A model generated the notes under the pieces. It was not told the origin of the DNA and did not search any database. It saw nothing but the letters and a program-made list of their open reading frames with translations. A stretch of DNA of 52,317 bases from Candidatus Nomurabacteria bacterium (GTDB lineage: Bacteria > Patescibacteriota > Minisyncoccia > Phycocordibacterales > UBA9973): positions 1 to 52,317 of the forward strand of contig CALRFQ010000004.1 of the NCBI GenBank assembly GCA_943356675.1, read 5' to 3'. The position numbers and the translations under genes are program-made. Shown here in pieces: positions 1 through 9,728 of the stretch. The number at the start of each line of letters is the position of its first letter. Within the stretch, counting starts at the first letter, position 1.

Positions 1-591
1 AGTACTTTATTAATAATAATTCTTAAATATAAGTATTTAATAATATTTCCACTTGCGGTAGTAGAAGGTCCATTCCTTGCGATTCTTATTGGATATTTAA
101 TTTTTGCTGGCCACCTCAACTTATATATTACTTTTTTAATATTACTAATTGCGGACATAGGTCCGGATATTTTGTATTACAGGCTTGGACGCTACGGGAG
201 TAAGAAAATTCTCGAAAAGAAGTATTTTTCACAATCTGAAAGAGCAGTTACAAATATGAATAATCTTGAGCATATGTGGCATAACCACACAAATAAAACT
301 ATGTTCTTTGGCAAGCTTGCTTATGGTATAAGCCTACCTATTATCATTTCTGCTGGTGTGGCTAAACTCCCAATCCGTAAATTTATCATTACTAGTTTAC
401 CTGTAGGGATTTTCCAGATCGGACTCTTCCTATTTTTAGGATTTCATTTAGGAGCTTCGTATGAAATTGCAATACAGTATGTGAAGTATCCTGCTATAAT
501 ACTAGCAGTTCTAATAATCATAGCGATTTCTATTTATTTCTTATTCTCGAAATATTTTGCAAAATTATTTACAATAACAGCTAAAGAATAA
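1..591 (+). CDS. DedA/VTT family membrane protein (5' partial, runs off window)
   Basis: Frame 1 is open from base 1 (…KYLIIFPLAVVEGPFLAILIGYL…ADIGPDILYYRLGRYG…). The hydrophobic helices, the 'D..yY.lGR' pattern and 'IISAGVAKLPIRKF' fit DedA. Confidence 0.8.
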   Translation, partial: STLLIIILKYKYLIIFPLAVVEGPFLAILIGYLIFAGHLNLYITFLILLIADIGPDILYYRLGRYGSKKILEKKYFSQSERAVTNMNNLEHMWHNHTNKTMFFGKLAYGISLPIIISAGVAKLPIRKFIITSLPVGIFQIGLFLFLGFHLGASYEIAIQYVKYPAIILAVLIIIAISIYFLFSKYFAKLFTITAKE

Positions 592-594
592 TGT

Positions 595-1317
595 ATGAAA
601 AAAATTAGTGTAGTGGTTCCAGCACATAATGAAGAGAAGTGTATACGAGATGTGATATCAGCTGTCCTTCGTCAGGACTATCCTGATTTCGAGATGATTG
701 TTGTGGATAATGCTAGTAAGGATCACACATATGAATACGCAAAAGAATTTCCGATAACCGTTGCAAAAGAGGAGAGGAAGGGCACGCAGTGGGCCCGTGA
801 ATGTGGTAGGAATTTGGCAAAAGGAGAGATAATAGCATACCTCGATTCTGACTGTATTCCAGATAAAGATTGGCTCTCAAAAGCTTCAAAGATATTTGAT
901 GATGAAAAAGTTGTGGCAGTTACCGGGCCTTATGATTATTATGATTCCTCATTTAGTTTTAGATTAATTTCGCTCTGGATTCAAAAATACATTTATAGTG
1001 TGAATAATGTAATACTGCAATTTTTCAAAAAAGGGGCAGTGCTGATAGGAGGGAATATGCTGATACGAGCATCATCACTTAGGGATATTGGAGGCCTTGA
1101 TACTTCCATAGTTTTTTATGGCGATGACACAGACACAGCCAAGAGGCTAAGTGCTGTGGGGCAAATTTATTTTGAAAAGAATTTAATTATGAAGACTTCA
1201 GATCGGCGCTTTAAAGGCCACGGAATTTTTAAAACTATGATGAGCTATTTTATTACATTTTACTCAACAACTTTCTTTGGAAAATCTGCAGTTAAAAACC
1301 ATAAGGATTTTAGATAA
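595..1317 (+). CDS. Glycosyltransferase family 2
   Basis: N-terminal SVVVPAHNEE, VVDNASKD, the DxD motif (YLDSD) and GGNMLIR…GDDTD. Confidence 0.92.
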   Translation: MKKISVVVPAHNEEKCIRDVISAVLRQDYPDFEMIVVDNASKDHTYEYAKEFPITVAKEERKGTQWARECGRNLAKGEIIAYLDSDCIPDKDWLSKASKIFDDEKVVAVTGPYDYYDSSFSFRLISLWIQKYIYSVNNVILQFFKKGAVLIGGNMLIRASSLRDIGGLDTSIVFYGDDTDTAKRLSAVGQIYFEKNLIMKTSDRRFKGHGIFKTMMSYFITFYSTTFFGKSAVKNHKDFR

Positions 1318-1321
1318 ATAT

Positions 1322-1978
1322 ATGAAAAAGTTTTTATTAGCAAATGCACTGCATTTTAAAAAAAGAAGTTTTGTTGTTACATTTTCTGTTGCAGTTTTTA
1401 TGCTGGCGGCGGCGTGTATTATAAACTTCTATGCAGGCACTTATGCGACTGAAAATGCAAGTAGCTCAGTGACAGACATAGTGCTTTCAAATATCCGAAT
1501 TTATGATGTGGATGGTATGTTTAAGTATGGCACTCTAGCATTCTGGGGCTTCCTTATACTTCTTTGCTTATATGATGCGAAGAAATTCCCATTTACTGTG
1601 AAGACCTTGAGTATTTTTATTGTAATACGATCTATATTTATTAGTCTTACTCACCTAGGTCCTTTCCCGGGGCAAGTAAGTTTTGCCGCGACAGACATAA
1701 TAAGCAAATTCTCTTTTGGCGGAGATTTGTTCTTCTCAGGCCATACAGGGATACCATTTCTATTTGCGCTTATCTTTTGGGAGACTAAAAAGCTCCGATA
1801 TTTATTCATAGCTTCATCACTCTTCTTTGGCACCATAGTTCTCCTAGGACACTTCCATTATTCCATTGATGTGCTCGCAGCATTCTTTATCACATACACC
1901 ATCTACCATATAGCCACCATCTTCTTTAAAGATGATTTGAAAATGTTTATAGAAGACAAAACTAAATTTTTAGATTAA
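1322..1978 (+). CDS. PAP2-superfamily membrane phosphotransferase, sphingomyelin-synthase-like
   Basis: GGDLFFSGHT and HFHYSIDV match the SMS/IPC-synthase catalytic motifs (GDxxFSGHT, HYxxDV). About 6 TM helices. Start moved to ATG 1322, just after the GT2 stop. Confidence 0.8.
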   Translation: MKKFLLANALHFKKRSFVVTFSVAVFMLAAACIINFYAGTYATENASSSVTDIVLSNIRIYDVDGMFKYGTLAFWGFLILLCLYDAKKFPFTVKTLSIFIVIRSIFISLTHLGPFPGQVSFAATDIISKFSFGGDLFFSGHTGIPFLFALIFWETKKLRYLFIASSLFFGTIVLLGHFHYSIDVLAAFFITYTIYHIATIFFKDDLKMFIEDKTKFLD

Positions 1979-2898
1979 ATGGAATTCTTTGCGTGCTTGT
2001 ATGACTTCCATAGGAAGTAGCCGATGATGCTAAATGTAGCGACAGGGGAGACCCACTGTGGTATGTGTACTCCAAATGCATCTGTTACCATTATTATTCC
2101 AAGAGCAAGGATGGAATACATTGCACCATTTTTCAGATAAACATATTTCTTAATTCTATCTATGTTTCCTATTGTGAGTTTGCGGAGTACATATGCACCA
2201 AGCCCGTTACCTAAAAGTATGAGGGGGACTGAGAGTGTAAATGCGAATGCACCGAGCACTCCGTCGATAGAGAATGTGGCATCGATTATTTCAAGATAAA
2301 GAATTTTTGAAAGGTCACTCATAGTAGAGCTTCCTGAAAGAAGTGCCTTTTCACCCTTCTCAGCATTTTCTTTAAAGCCGTGTGTGATAAAGAATGCAGT
2401 GGAACCTACAACTGCGCCAAATGCAATCATAGGATTTATTTTCATTGCATACCAAACTATGACTGTGAGGAGTATTGATACTGTCGCGAAGAACCAAACA
2501 CTGTGGAGTACGAAGAACTTCTCAATTCGTAGGCCAAACTTTTTTGATTCAAGGAAAAGCCAGTGAAAGAATAAGAACACAAGAAAGACTCCACCACCCA
2601 TAAGCAGGATTGGGGAAGCAGTTTCGATAGCAGTGTGCACAGATGGGTCGTTTGAGAATGTCGCAGTGAAAGCACTTATTGGCCCAAGGCCAGGGGTTGC
2701 TCCCCAGATGATAAGCCATGGCAAGAGCCCACGTACAGCAAAGACGGCGATGATAAGGCCCCATAACAGGAACCACTTTTTCGCCTTTGCACTCATCGTG
2801 CCCAGGACCTCAGCGTTAATTACGGCGTTATCAATACTACTAATAATTTCAAATACACAAAGACCCAAAACTGTTAAAATCATAGACATTATATTCAT
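1975..2898 (-). CDS. DUF475 / TerC-like integral membrane protein
   Basis: FEIISSIDNAVINA and LEIIDATFSIDGVLGAFA motifs. Start placed at ATG 2898, 7 nt after a TATAAT on the minus strand. Confidence 0.85.
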   Translation of the reverse strand: MNIMSMILTVLGLCVFEIISSIDNAVINAEVLGTMSAKAKKWFLLWGLIIAVFAVRGLLPWLIIWGATPGLGPISAFTATFSNDPSVHTAIETASPILLMGGGVFLVFLFFHWLFLESKKFGLRIEKFFVLHSVWFFATVSILLTVIVWYAMKINPMIAFGAVVGSTAFFITHGFKENAEKGEKALLSGSSTMSDLSKILYLEIIDATFSIDGVLGAFAFTLSVPLILLGNGLGAYVLRKLTIGNIDRIKKYVYLKNGAMYSILALGIIMVTDAFGVHIPQWVSPVATFSIIGYFLWKSYKHAKNSI

Positions 2899-2955
2899 AC
2901 GCTCCATTATATGGGTTTTTCATTCTATCCGCAAATAATATGATATAGTAAATAA

Positions 2956-4182
2956 ATGTTTAAAAATAAAATTTTAGTCACTATATTCATTACTGTATTT
3001 ATCGACTTAATTGGAATCGGAATTCTTATACCTGTTATTCCGCAACTTTTCGCAAATCCTTACTCAGCTGAGTATATGCTACCTTTCGGCACTTCGATAA
3101 AAACAGGCTACCTCCTACTTGGTGCACTTATTGCTCTATACCCGATAGGACAGTTTATGGCGACTCCGATTCTTGGCCAGCTTTCAGATAGATATGGAAG
3201 AAAGAAAATTCTTGCTATATCATTACTCGGCACATCGCTTTCTTATATAGTTTTTGCAATAGGAATTATTACGAAGAATATTCCACTTCTTTTCTTTGCA
3301 AGATTCTTCGATGGGCTGACAGGAGGGAACATCTCCGTTGCTCAGGCGATGATATCAGACACATCAGCGCCTGAGAATCGCGCAAGGAACTTCGGTATGA
3401 TAGGTGCGGCTTTCGGACTTGGGTTTATATTCGGTCCATATATTGGTGGCAGACTTTCAGACCCACTCACCGTGTCATGGTTCAATGCTGCGACACCGTT
3501 TTTCTTTGCAGGTATCCTCGCATTCCTCAATATGCTTTCTGTATGGTTCTTACTTAAAGAGACTAATATGAATCCTAGGAATGATAAAATCACTTGGAAT
3601 AAATCTATAAGCAATGTGATTCGTGCATTTAAAATGCCCGGAGTTAATGTAATATTTCTGACCAGCTTTTTATTCTTCGGTGGATTTACATTTTTTAATT
3701 CATTCTTCTCAGTATTTCTAATCGACAAATTCCATTTCAATCAGGGGAATATTGGTGACTTCTTTGCATATATAGGTATCTGGGCAGCATTCACTCAAGC
3801 TGTACTTACGAAGCAATTTGCAAAAAGATTTGAACAATCAAATATTATAAAGTTTGCACTCGCAGGCGCAGCCACGATGATGCTCTGCTATTTCTTGCCA
3901 CGCCTTTCTTGGCAGCTATTGCTTATCCCACCATTCTTCTCTATATGTACTGGACTCATAATGGCGAACCTCACAAGCCTCCTTTCGAAGTCCGCACCAC
4001 GCGATTCACAAGGGGAGATCCTTGGCATCAATGCTTCCGTGCAAGCTCTCGCTCAGGCTATCCCAGCACTCCTTTCAGGCTTCATAGCTGCATCACTCGC
4101 TCCGACGACTCCAATCCTTGTCGCTTCATTCTTCATATTCCTCTCAGCTCTCGCATTCTCAAGGTTGTATAAAAAGTCCTAA
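2956..4182 (+). CDS. MFS transporter, TetA/DHA1-like efflux pump
   Basis: Motif A (GQLSDRYGRK), FARFFDGLTGG, and antiporter motif C (GAAFGLGFIFGPYIGG). About 12 TM helices. Confidence 0.9.
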   Translation: MFKNKILVTIFITVFIDLIGIGILIPVIPQLFANPYSAEYMLPFGTSIKTGYLLLGALIALYPIGQFMATPILGQLSDRYGRKKILAISLLGTSLSYIVFAIGIITKNIPLLFFARFFDGLTGGNISVAQAMISDTSAPENRARNFGMIGAAFGLGFIFGPYIGGRLSDPLTVSWFNAATPFFFAGILAFLNMLSVWFLLKETNMNPRNDKITWNKSISNVIRAFKMPGVNVIFLTSFLFFGGFTFFNSFFSVFLIDKFHFNQGNIGDFFAYIGIWAAFTQAVLTKQFAKRFEQSNIIKFALAGAATMMLCYFLPRLSWQLLLIPPFFSICTGLIMANLTSLLSKSAPRDSQGEILGINASVQALAQAIPALLSGFIAASLAPTTPILVASFFIFLSALAFSRLYKKS

Positions 4183-4200
4183 AGTGTATACTTTTAGCAT

Positions 4201-5958
4201 ATGCTAGAAGAAGTAAAAGCCTGCCAGAATTGCCACCAAAATTTCATCATCCTCCCAGATGACTTTTCTTTCTATGAAAAGATGAGTGTACCTGCTCCAA
4301 CATTTTGTCCTGATTGTAGGTTACAAAGAAGACTAGCTTGGAGAAATGAGAGAAGTTTATTTAAAAGAGCAAACAATGCACCTGGATCAGAGGGAAGTAT
4401 TATAATTTCAACATATCCACCATCCTTACCTCTAGTTGTTTACGACAATGAATATTGGTGGAGTGATTCATGGGATGCTATGGATTATGGAATTGATTAT
4501 GATTTTTCCTCAAACTTTTTTACTCAATTCAATATATTATTAAAATCTACTCCACTCATCAGTTTTTTTGATAGTAAGGGTGTAAATAATAGATATTGTA
4601 ACTACATAACTGAAGGCAAGAATAATTATATGCTTTCAGCTATTTGGAGTTGTGAAGATTGTTTGTATAGCAACAGGAATTCATTTTGTAAAAATTGTGT
4701 TGATCAGTATGTTTGCCATAAGAATGAATTTAGTTATAGTAATGTGTATTGCGGGGAATCAAATAAGTTATTTTATTCCGAACATTCGTACAATTGTGTG
4801 GACAGTTACTTTCTTTATGATTGCAGAGGTTGCACAGATTGCTTTATGTCTTACGGACTCCGAAATAAATCTTATTATATTCAGAATGTTCGACACACAA
4901 AGGAAGAGTATAAAGAAAAGATGAGTAAAATTAATTTAGGAGATTATTCGACAATATTGGAACTTAAAAAATATTTTAAAGAATTTAAAAAAGATGCAAT
5001 CAGAAAATATGCAAATAATATAAATTGTGTGAATGTAACAGGGGATAATATCGAAAATGCCAAAGATGTAAAGTACTCTTTTGATTTACCTGGAGAATAT
5101 GAAAATGTTAAATATTGTAACTGGGGAACCTATGGTCTCAGAGATTCATATGATACAGGTCCAGGGACTGGTGGTAAATCAGAGCTTACTTACGAGGCGG
5201 TAAGTACTGGTGTTGCTGATTCAAATTGTGCGTTTACTACTGTGGTCTGGAACTCAAGAAACGTACAGTATTCTTTTAATTGTTATTCTTGTAATGATTG
5301 CTTTGGGTGTGTGAGTTTAAGAAATAAATCGTACTGTATTTTTAATAAGCAATATACTAAAGAAGAATACATAGAACTTCTCGATAAGCTTAAAAAGCAT
5401 ATGGATAATATGCCATATATGGATAAAGCAGGTAATATATATAAATATGGTGAATTTTTCCCAATCGAGATTTCTCCTTACGCATACAACGGCTCGACAG
5501 CTCAGGATTACTTCACTTTAACAAAAAGACAATCTGAAGATTTAGGCTATTTTTGGCAAGATGATTTAGATAGGAATTATTTAATTAGTATAAAGTCTAA
5601 TGACTTACCGAATAATATAAATGATATAAATAGTAGTCTTTTACAAGAAACTATTGAGTGTGCTAATGCAAACAATAATTTATATTGTTGCACGAAAGCA
5701 TATAAACTTATACCTGAAGAATTTGATTTTTATAAAAGAATGAATTTACCTATACCAAGACTCTGTCCAAATTGTAGACATGTAGAGAGAATCTCAGAGC
5801 GTAATCCTATGAAGCTTTGGCACAGAAACTGTATGTGTGATAAATTAAATCATCACCATGGAGAGGGTAAGTGTGATGTAGAATTCGAGACCTCATACGC
5901 CCCAAATCGCCCTGAGAAGGTATACTGTGAGAAGTGCTACCAGCAAGAAGTATTATAA
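4201..5958 (+). CDS. Cysteine-rich protein of a type typical of CPR, with Zn-ribbon termini; unknown function (paralog 1)
   Basis: N-terminal CxxC…CPxC (CQNC, CPDC), many short-period Cys repeats, C-terminal CPNC…CEKC. Confidence 0.8.
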   Translation: MLEEVKACQNCHQNFIILPDDFSFYEKMSVPAPTFCPDCRLQRRLAWRNERSLFKRANNAPGSEGSIIISTYPPSLPLVVYDNEYWWSDSWDAMDYGIDYDFSSNFFTQFNILLKSTPLISFFDSKGVNNRYCNYITEGKNNYMLSAIWSCEDCLYSNRNSFCKNCVDQYVCHKNEFSYSNVYCGESNKLFYSEHSYNCVDSYFLYDCRGCTDCFMSYGLRNKSYYIQNVRHTKEEYKEKMSKINLGDYSTILELKKYFKEFKKDAIRKYANNINCVNVTGDNIENAKDVKYSFDLPGEYENVKYCNWGTYGLRDSYDTGPGTGGKSELTYEAVSTGVADSNCAFTTVVWNSRNVQYSFNCYSCNDCFGCVSLRNKSYCIFNKQYTKEEYIELLDKLKKHMDNMPYMDKAGNIYKYGEFFPIEISPYAYNGSTAQDYFTLTKRQSEDLGYFWQDDLDRNYLISIKSNDLPNNINDINSSLLQETIECANANNNLYCCTKAYKLIPEEFDFYKRMNLPIPRLCPNCRHVERISERNPMKLWHRNCMCDKLNHHHGEGKCDVEFETSYAPNRPEKVYCEKCYQQEVL

Positions 5959-6005
5959 TATACTCAATTCATGCTATAGCTTACATTGAGTATAAATAAA
6001 TTATT

Positions 6006-7739
6006 ATGGAAACAAGAAACTGCCAAAATTGCAAAAATAATTTCAACATCGAACCGGATGACTTTTCTTTCTATGAGAAGATAAAAGTTCCAGCGCCTAC
6101 ATTTTGCCCGGAGTGTAGATTAATCAGGAGGTTACAAAGCAGAAATGAGAGAGTTCTGTTTAGGGCTGAATGCGCATTGTGTAAAAATCCTACAATCACA
6201 GGTTATCATCCAGATAATCAATATGTAATTTATTGTACCAATTGCTTTGCCTCTGATAATTGGGATCCACTTTCTTATGGAGTAGATTATGATTTTTCTA
6301 AAACTTTTTTTGAACAATATAGTGACTTACAAAAGAAAGTGCCACATAAAGGACTCTATGAAATAATGTCACAAAATAGTACGTTTTCAAATTACGTGTT
6401 TAGTTCTAAAGATATATATCTTTCTTTCACTGTTGTTGATTCTGAATGGGTTTACTATACTCGTAGCGCAGATAGGTGTAAGGAAAGTATGGATTGTTAC
6501 AACATACTTGATTGTGAATCATGTTACGGGTGTATTCAGACAAGTAAAAGTTACGGATCAACTTATTTACTAGAAAGTAAGGACTGCGTAAGCTCTCATT
6601 TTCTTTTCGATTGTACAAATTGTACTGATTGTTTTATGTCATCAAACTTACGCAATAAGCAATACTATTTCCGTAATAAACAACTTTCAAGAGATGAATA
6701 TAAAAAGGCGATTGAATTAGTTAGCATGAATAGAATTTCTAATATAAATATTTTAAAAAATGAATTCAATTTGATGGTTCTAAGTTCTATTCACCGCTAC
6801 TCTTCAATAATTGGATCTGTAGATTCAACAGGGGATAATATTATTCGCTCCAAGAATACGAAAGATTCATTCCATTCAACAGAAACTGAAAATAGTCGTT
6901 TCGCAATGAGAACTGTAGGAATGAAAGATTCATATGATGTCATAGGAAGTTTGCAAAGTGAGCTTCTTTATGAAGTTCATGGTGGTGCGCGTGGCTCTAT
7001 GAATTCTCATTTCGTAAATGTTGGTACCTCCACAGTGGATTCTGAGTATACAGATTACTGTACAAACACTAAAGATGTTTTTGGATCTGTTAGTCTTAAT
7101 CAGCAATCATATTGTATTTTAAATAAAAAATATATAAAGGAAGAATATCATTCATTAATTTCTAAAATTAAAAAACATATGGTAGATATGCCGTATGTTG
7201 ACGAGAAGGGCAGAGTATATTCATTTGGAGAGTATTTCCCTCAAATCTGTGTACCATTCGCTTACAATGAATCAGCAGCGCAAGAATTTTTTCCTCTTTC
7301 TGGGGATGAAATTATTAACCAGGGCTATCTTTATCGTGAGCCTATTGTTCCAAGTTATGCACCTACTATTAGTAGGGGGACAATTCCAGATAATATAAAT
7401 AATGTAACAGATGGAATTATTAACGAAATTATTGAATGTGCTCATAATGGACATTGCGATAAACATAGATGTGTTGGAGCATTCAAAATTAACGTAGAAG
7501 AATTATCGTTTTATAAAAAATTTGGTTTACCTTTACCAGACCTTTGTCCTAATTGTCGTCACTACGATAGATTGGATTATGTGCACATGCCAGTTCTGTT
7601 TAAAAGAAAATGTAATTGTGTTTTGAATCATCAATTTCATGAAGGGGGTACATGTGAGGTAGAATTCGAAACATCATACGCTCCAAATCGCCCGGAGAAA
7701 GTCTATTGTGAGAAGTGCTATCAGCAAGAAGTGCTTTAG
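6006..7739 (+). CDS. Cysteine-rich protein of a type typical of CPR (paralog 2)
   Basis: Same architecture as 4201..5958, ending in the identical VEFETSYAPNRPEKVYCEKCYQQEVL. Confidence 0.8.
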   Translation: METRNCQNCKNNFNIEPDDFSFYEKIKVPAPTFCPECRLIRRLQSRNERVLFRAECALCKNPTITGYHPDNQYVIYCTNCFASDNWDPLSYGVDYDFSKTFFEQYSDLQKKVPHKGLYEIMSQNSTFSNYVFSSKDIYLSFTVVDSEWVYYTRSADRCKESMDCYNILDCESCYGCIQTSKSYGSTYLLESKDCVSSHFLFDCTNCTDCFMSSNLRNKQYYFRNKQLSRDEYKKAIELVSMNRISNINILKNEFNLMVLSSIHRYSSIIGSVDSTGDNIIRSKNTKDSFHSTETENSRFAMRTVGMKDSYDVIGSLQSELLYEVHGGARGSMNSHFVNVGTSTVDSEYTDYCTNTKDVFGSVSLNQQSYCILNKKYIKEEYHSLISKIKKHMVDMPYVDEKGRVYSFGEYFPQICVPFAYNESAAQEFFPLSGDEIINQGYLYREPIVPSYAPTISRGTIPDNINNVTDGIINEIIECAHNGHCDKHRCVGAFKINVEELSFYKKFGLPLPDLCPNCRHYDRLDYVHMPVLFKRKCNCVLNHQFHEGGTCEVEFETSYAPNRPEKVYCEKCYQQEVL

Positions 7740-7795
7740 AAATAGAGCTATATAGCATTCGCCAAAAGGGGAGGGATTTTGTATAATAGGAACAT

Positions 7796-8197
7796 ATGGA
7801 AAATACAAATAATCAAAAAATTAAAATATTCGTTGCGGCAATTATAGGCGCCCTTATTATCGTAATCGGTCTTGGTATGACAGTAAATAAGCCCGGAAGC
7901 ACAAAGCTCGATGGCTTCGCACAATGTATCACGGATTCTGGAGCGAAGTTCTACGGAGCTTTCTGGTGCCCTCACTGCCAAGCACAAAAGGCTCTTTTTG
8001 GAGCATCAGCAAAATTGCTTCCTTATATAGAGTGTTCAAATGCAGACCGTTCACAAAAGCAAGCTTGTATTGATGCAAAAGTAGAAAGCTACCCAACATG
8101 GGAAATGAAAGATGGCACAAGACTACCAGTCGAGAATGGTGCAGGTGTGTCTCTTGAGACATTAGCCGCAAAGACTCAGTGTGTACTCCCTAAGTAA
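7796..8197 (+). CDS. Membrane-anchored thioredoxin-like oxidoreductase (DsbA-role partner of DsbB/VKOR)
   Basis: N-terminal TM helix, FYGAFWCPHC active site, cis-Pro YPTW. Lies directly before dsbB. Confidence 0.85.
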   Translation: MENTNNQKIKIFVAAIIGALIIVIGLGMTVNKPGSTKLDGFAQCITDSGAKFYGAFWCPHCQAQKALFGASAKLLPYIECSNADRSQKQACIDAKVESYPTWEMKDGTRLPVENGAGVSLETLAAKTQCVLPK

Positions 8198-8198
8198 T

Positions 8199-8741
8199 AT
8201 GCCAGCATATTTAGAAAATTTTAATCAGTTGCTTGCGTACGGCACAATCTTGATACAGATTGCGATCTTGGTTCTTGCTGTGGCACTTATTTTTTTTCCA
8301 AAGACAAATCAAATCAGAGTTTTCTTTAAAGAATATACTTTTTCTTTTGGTTTTCTGCTTGCACTCGGGGGAGTACTGCTCTCACTATTTTATTCTGAAG
8401 TTATTGGTTTTCCACCATGTGAGCTCTGCTGGATAAACCGTATCTTTATTTACCCACAAGCAATACTTCTTGGTATGGAATTATATAAGCGTGATAAATC
8501 CATAGTGGATCACTCCATTGTGCTTGCACTTCTTAGTATCATCACATCAATCTTCCATGTATACACAGAGAATGGTGGTGAATCTGCTCTTCCTTGCTCG
8601 TCACCCACAGTGGTCACACAAGTTTCCTGCGCAACTCGCTATGTATACGAATTCGGCTACGTGACCATCCCAGTTATGGCTCTCACGATGTCTTTGTTTA
8701 TTTTACTCTTGCTTGTGAACTACAAGCATTCTACTCGCTAA
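8199..8741 (+). CDS. dsbB: Disulfide bond formation protein DsbB/BdbC family
   Basis: PPCELCWINR motif, a second Cys pair (PC…SC), GYVTIP. Start at ATG 8199, after the upstream stop. Confidence 0.85.
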   Translation: MPAYLENFNQLLAYGTILIQIAILVLAVALIFFPKTNQIRVFFKEYTFSFGFLLALGGVLLSLFYSEVIGFPPCELCWINRIFIYPQAILLGMELYKRDKSIVDHSIVLALLSIITSIFHVYTENGGESALPCSSPTVVTQVSCATRYVYEFGYVTIPVMALTMSLFILLLLVNYKHSTR

Positions 8742-8781
8742 TGTGTTATAGAATTTTAATATTAAGTAGTATAATTATTAT

Positions 8782-9210
8782 ATGCTAGTAGAATCAATCG
8801 ATAAAACTAATAAGAATATTGTTTTCGTATATACGACTTGCCAAGATTTGGCCGAGGCTAAGTATTTGAGCCTTTCAGCAATAGAGGAGAGGCTTGCTAT
8901 CTGCTCAGACTTTTGGGAAGTAAGTTCACTTTATCCATGGCACGGTGTGATACAAGATGTCACTCAGTACATGGTAATGATGACTACAGAGAAGTCACTC
9001 GCTGAGAAGTTGGTTGCATTCATTGCCGGCTTACACTCATATAGTATCCCTATGGTATCTACGTGTGAATCACAATTTACAAATCCAGCTTATCTCACTT
9101 GGGCTGACAAAACTTTAAATAGTAATGAATTATACAAAAGTAGAGAAGAAGAAATTGCGACAGAAAGAAGTATAGCTGAAGATGGATATCATCCCGGTCA
9201 TCTAAAATAA
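8782..9210 (+). CDS. cutA: CutA divalent-cation tolerance family protein
   Basis: VYTTC…EERLAIC…SSLYPWHG…LHSYSIP…YLTW pattern. Confidence 0.8.
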   Translation: MLVESIDKTNKNIVFVYTTCQDLAEAKYLSLSAIEERLAICSDFWEVSSLYPWHGVIQDVTQYMVMMTTEKSLAEKLVAFIAGLHSYSIPMVSTCESQFTNPAYLTWADKTLNSNELYKSREEEIATERSIAEDGYHPGHLK

Positions 9211-9272
9211 TTTTTTCTCATTCGCTAAATGTGCTATAATATAAGATATATTATTAAATAATTATATTTTAT

Positions 9273-9719
9273 ATGGATTCTCAACCAACTGGAAATAAAA
9301 AGATTATATCAATCATTATCGCTATAGTACTAGTCTTACTTATAGCTTATGGATTATTACACACTAAGGCATCTGCACCTGAGAATGGAGCAATGTCCGA
9401 TAAAAAAGAAGTTAAACAAATGAAAGAAATAGCAGAGAAAGGGGATGTGGTTACCATGAATTATACTGGCAAGCTTACAGATGGGCAGGTGTTTGATTCA
9501 AACGTAGACCCAAAATTTAATCATGTAGAGCCTTTTGAGTTCACTCTTGGCATCGGGCAAGTCATAGCAGGATGGGATGAAGGTATTGTAGGGATGAAAA
9601 TTGGAGAGAAGAAGACACTTACTATCCCTGCAGAGAAAGCATATGGTGCACGTGGTCAAGGACCTATCCCCCCAAACTCAACTCTTGTTTTCGATGTAGA
9701 ACTTACTGGAATTAAATAA
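9273..9719 (+). CDS. FKBP-type peptidyl-prolyl isomerase with N-terminal membrane anchor
   Basis: [41 protein letters not shown]. Confidence 0.95.
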   Translation: MDSQPTGNKKIISIIIAIVLVLLIAYGLLHTKASAPENGAMSDKKEVKQMKEIAEKGDVVTMNYTGKLTDGQVFDSNVDPKFNHVEPFEFTLGIGQVIAGWDEGIVGMKIGEKKTLTIPAEKAYGARGQGPIPPNSTLVFDVELTGIK

Positions 9720-9728
9720 TAAATTATA

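Noticed and set aside
2956-4182. Calling the MFS gene tetA (acquired resistance)
   Set aside because: The family motifs do not define the substrate, and there is no tetR or mobile-element context.
5959-5994. Integron attC site between the Cys-rich genes
   Set aside because: It lacks RYYYAAC/GTTRRRY ends and no integrase is present. Kept only as an unexplained inverted repeat.
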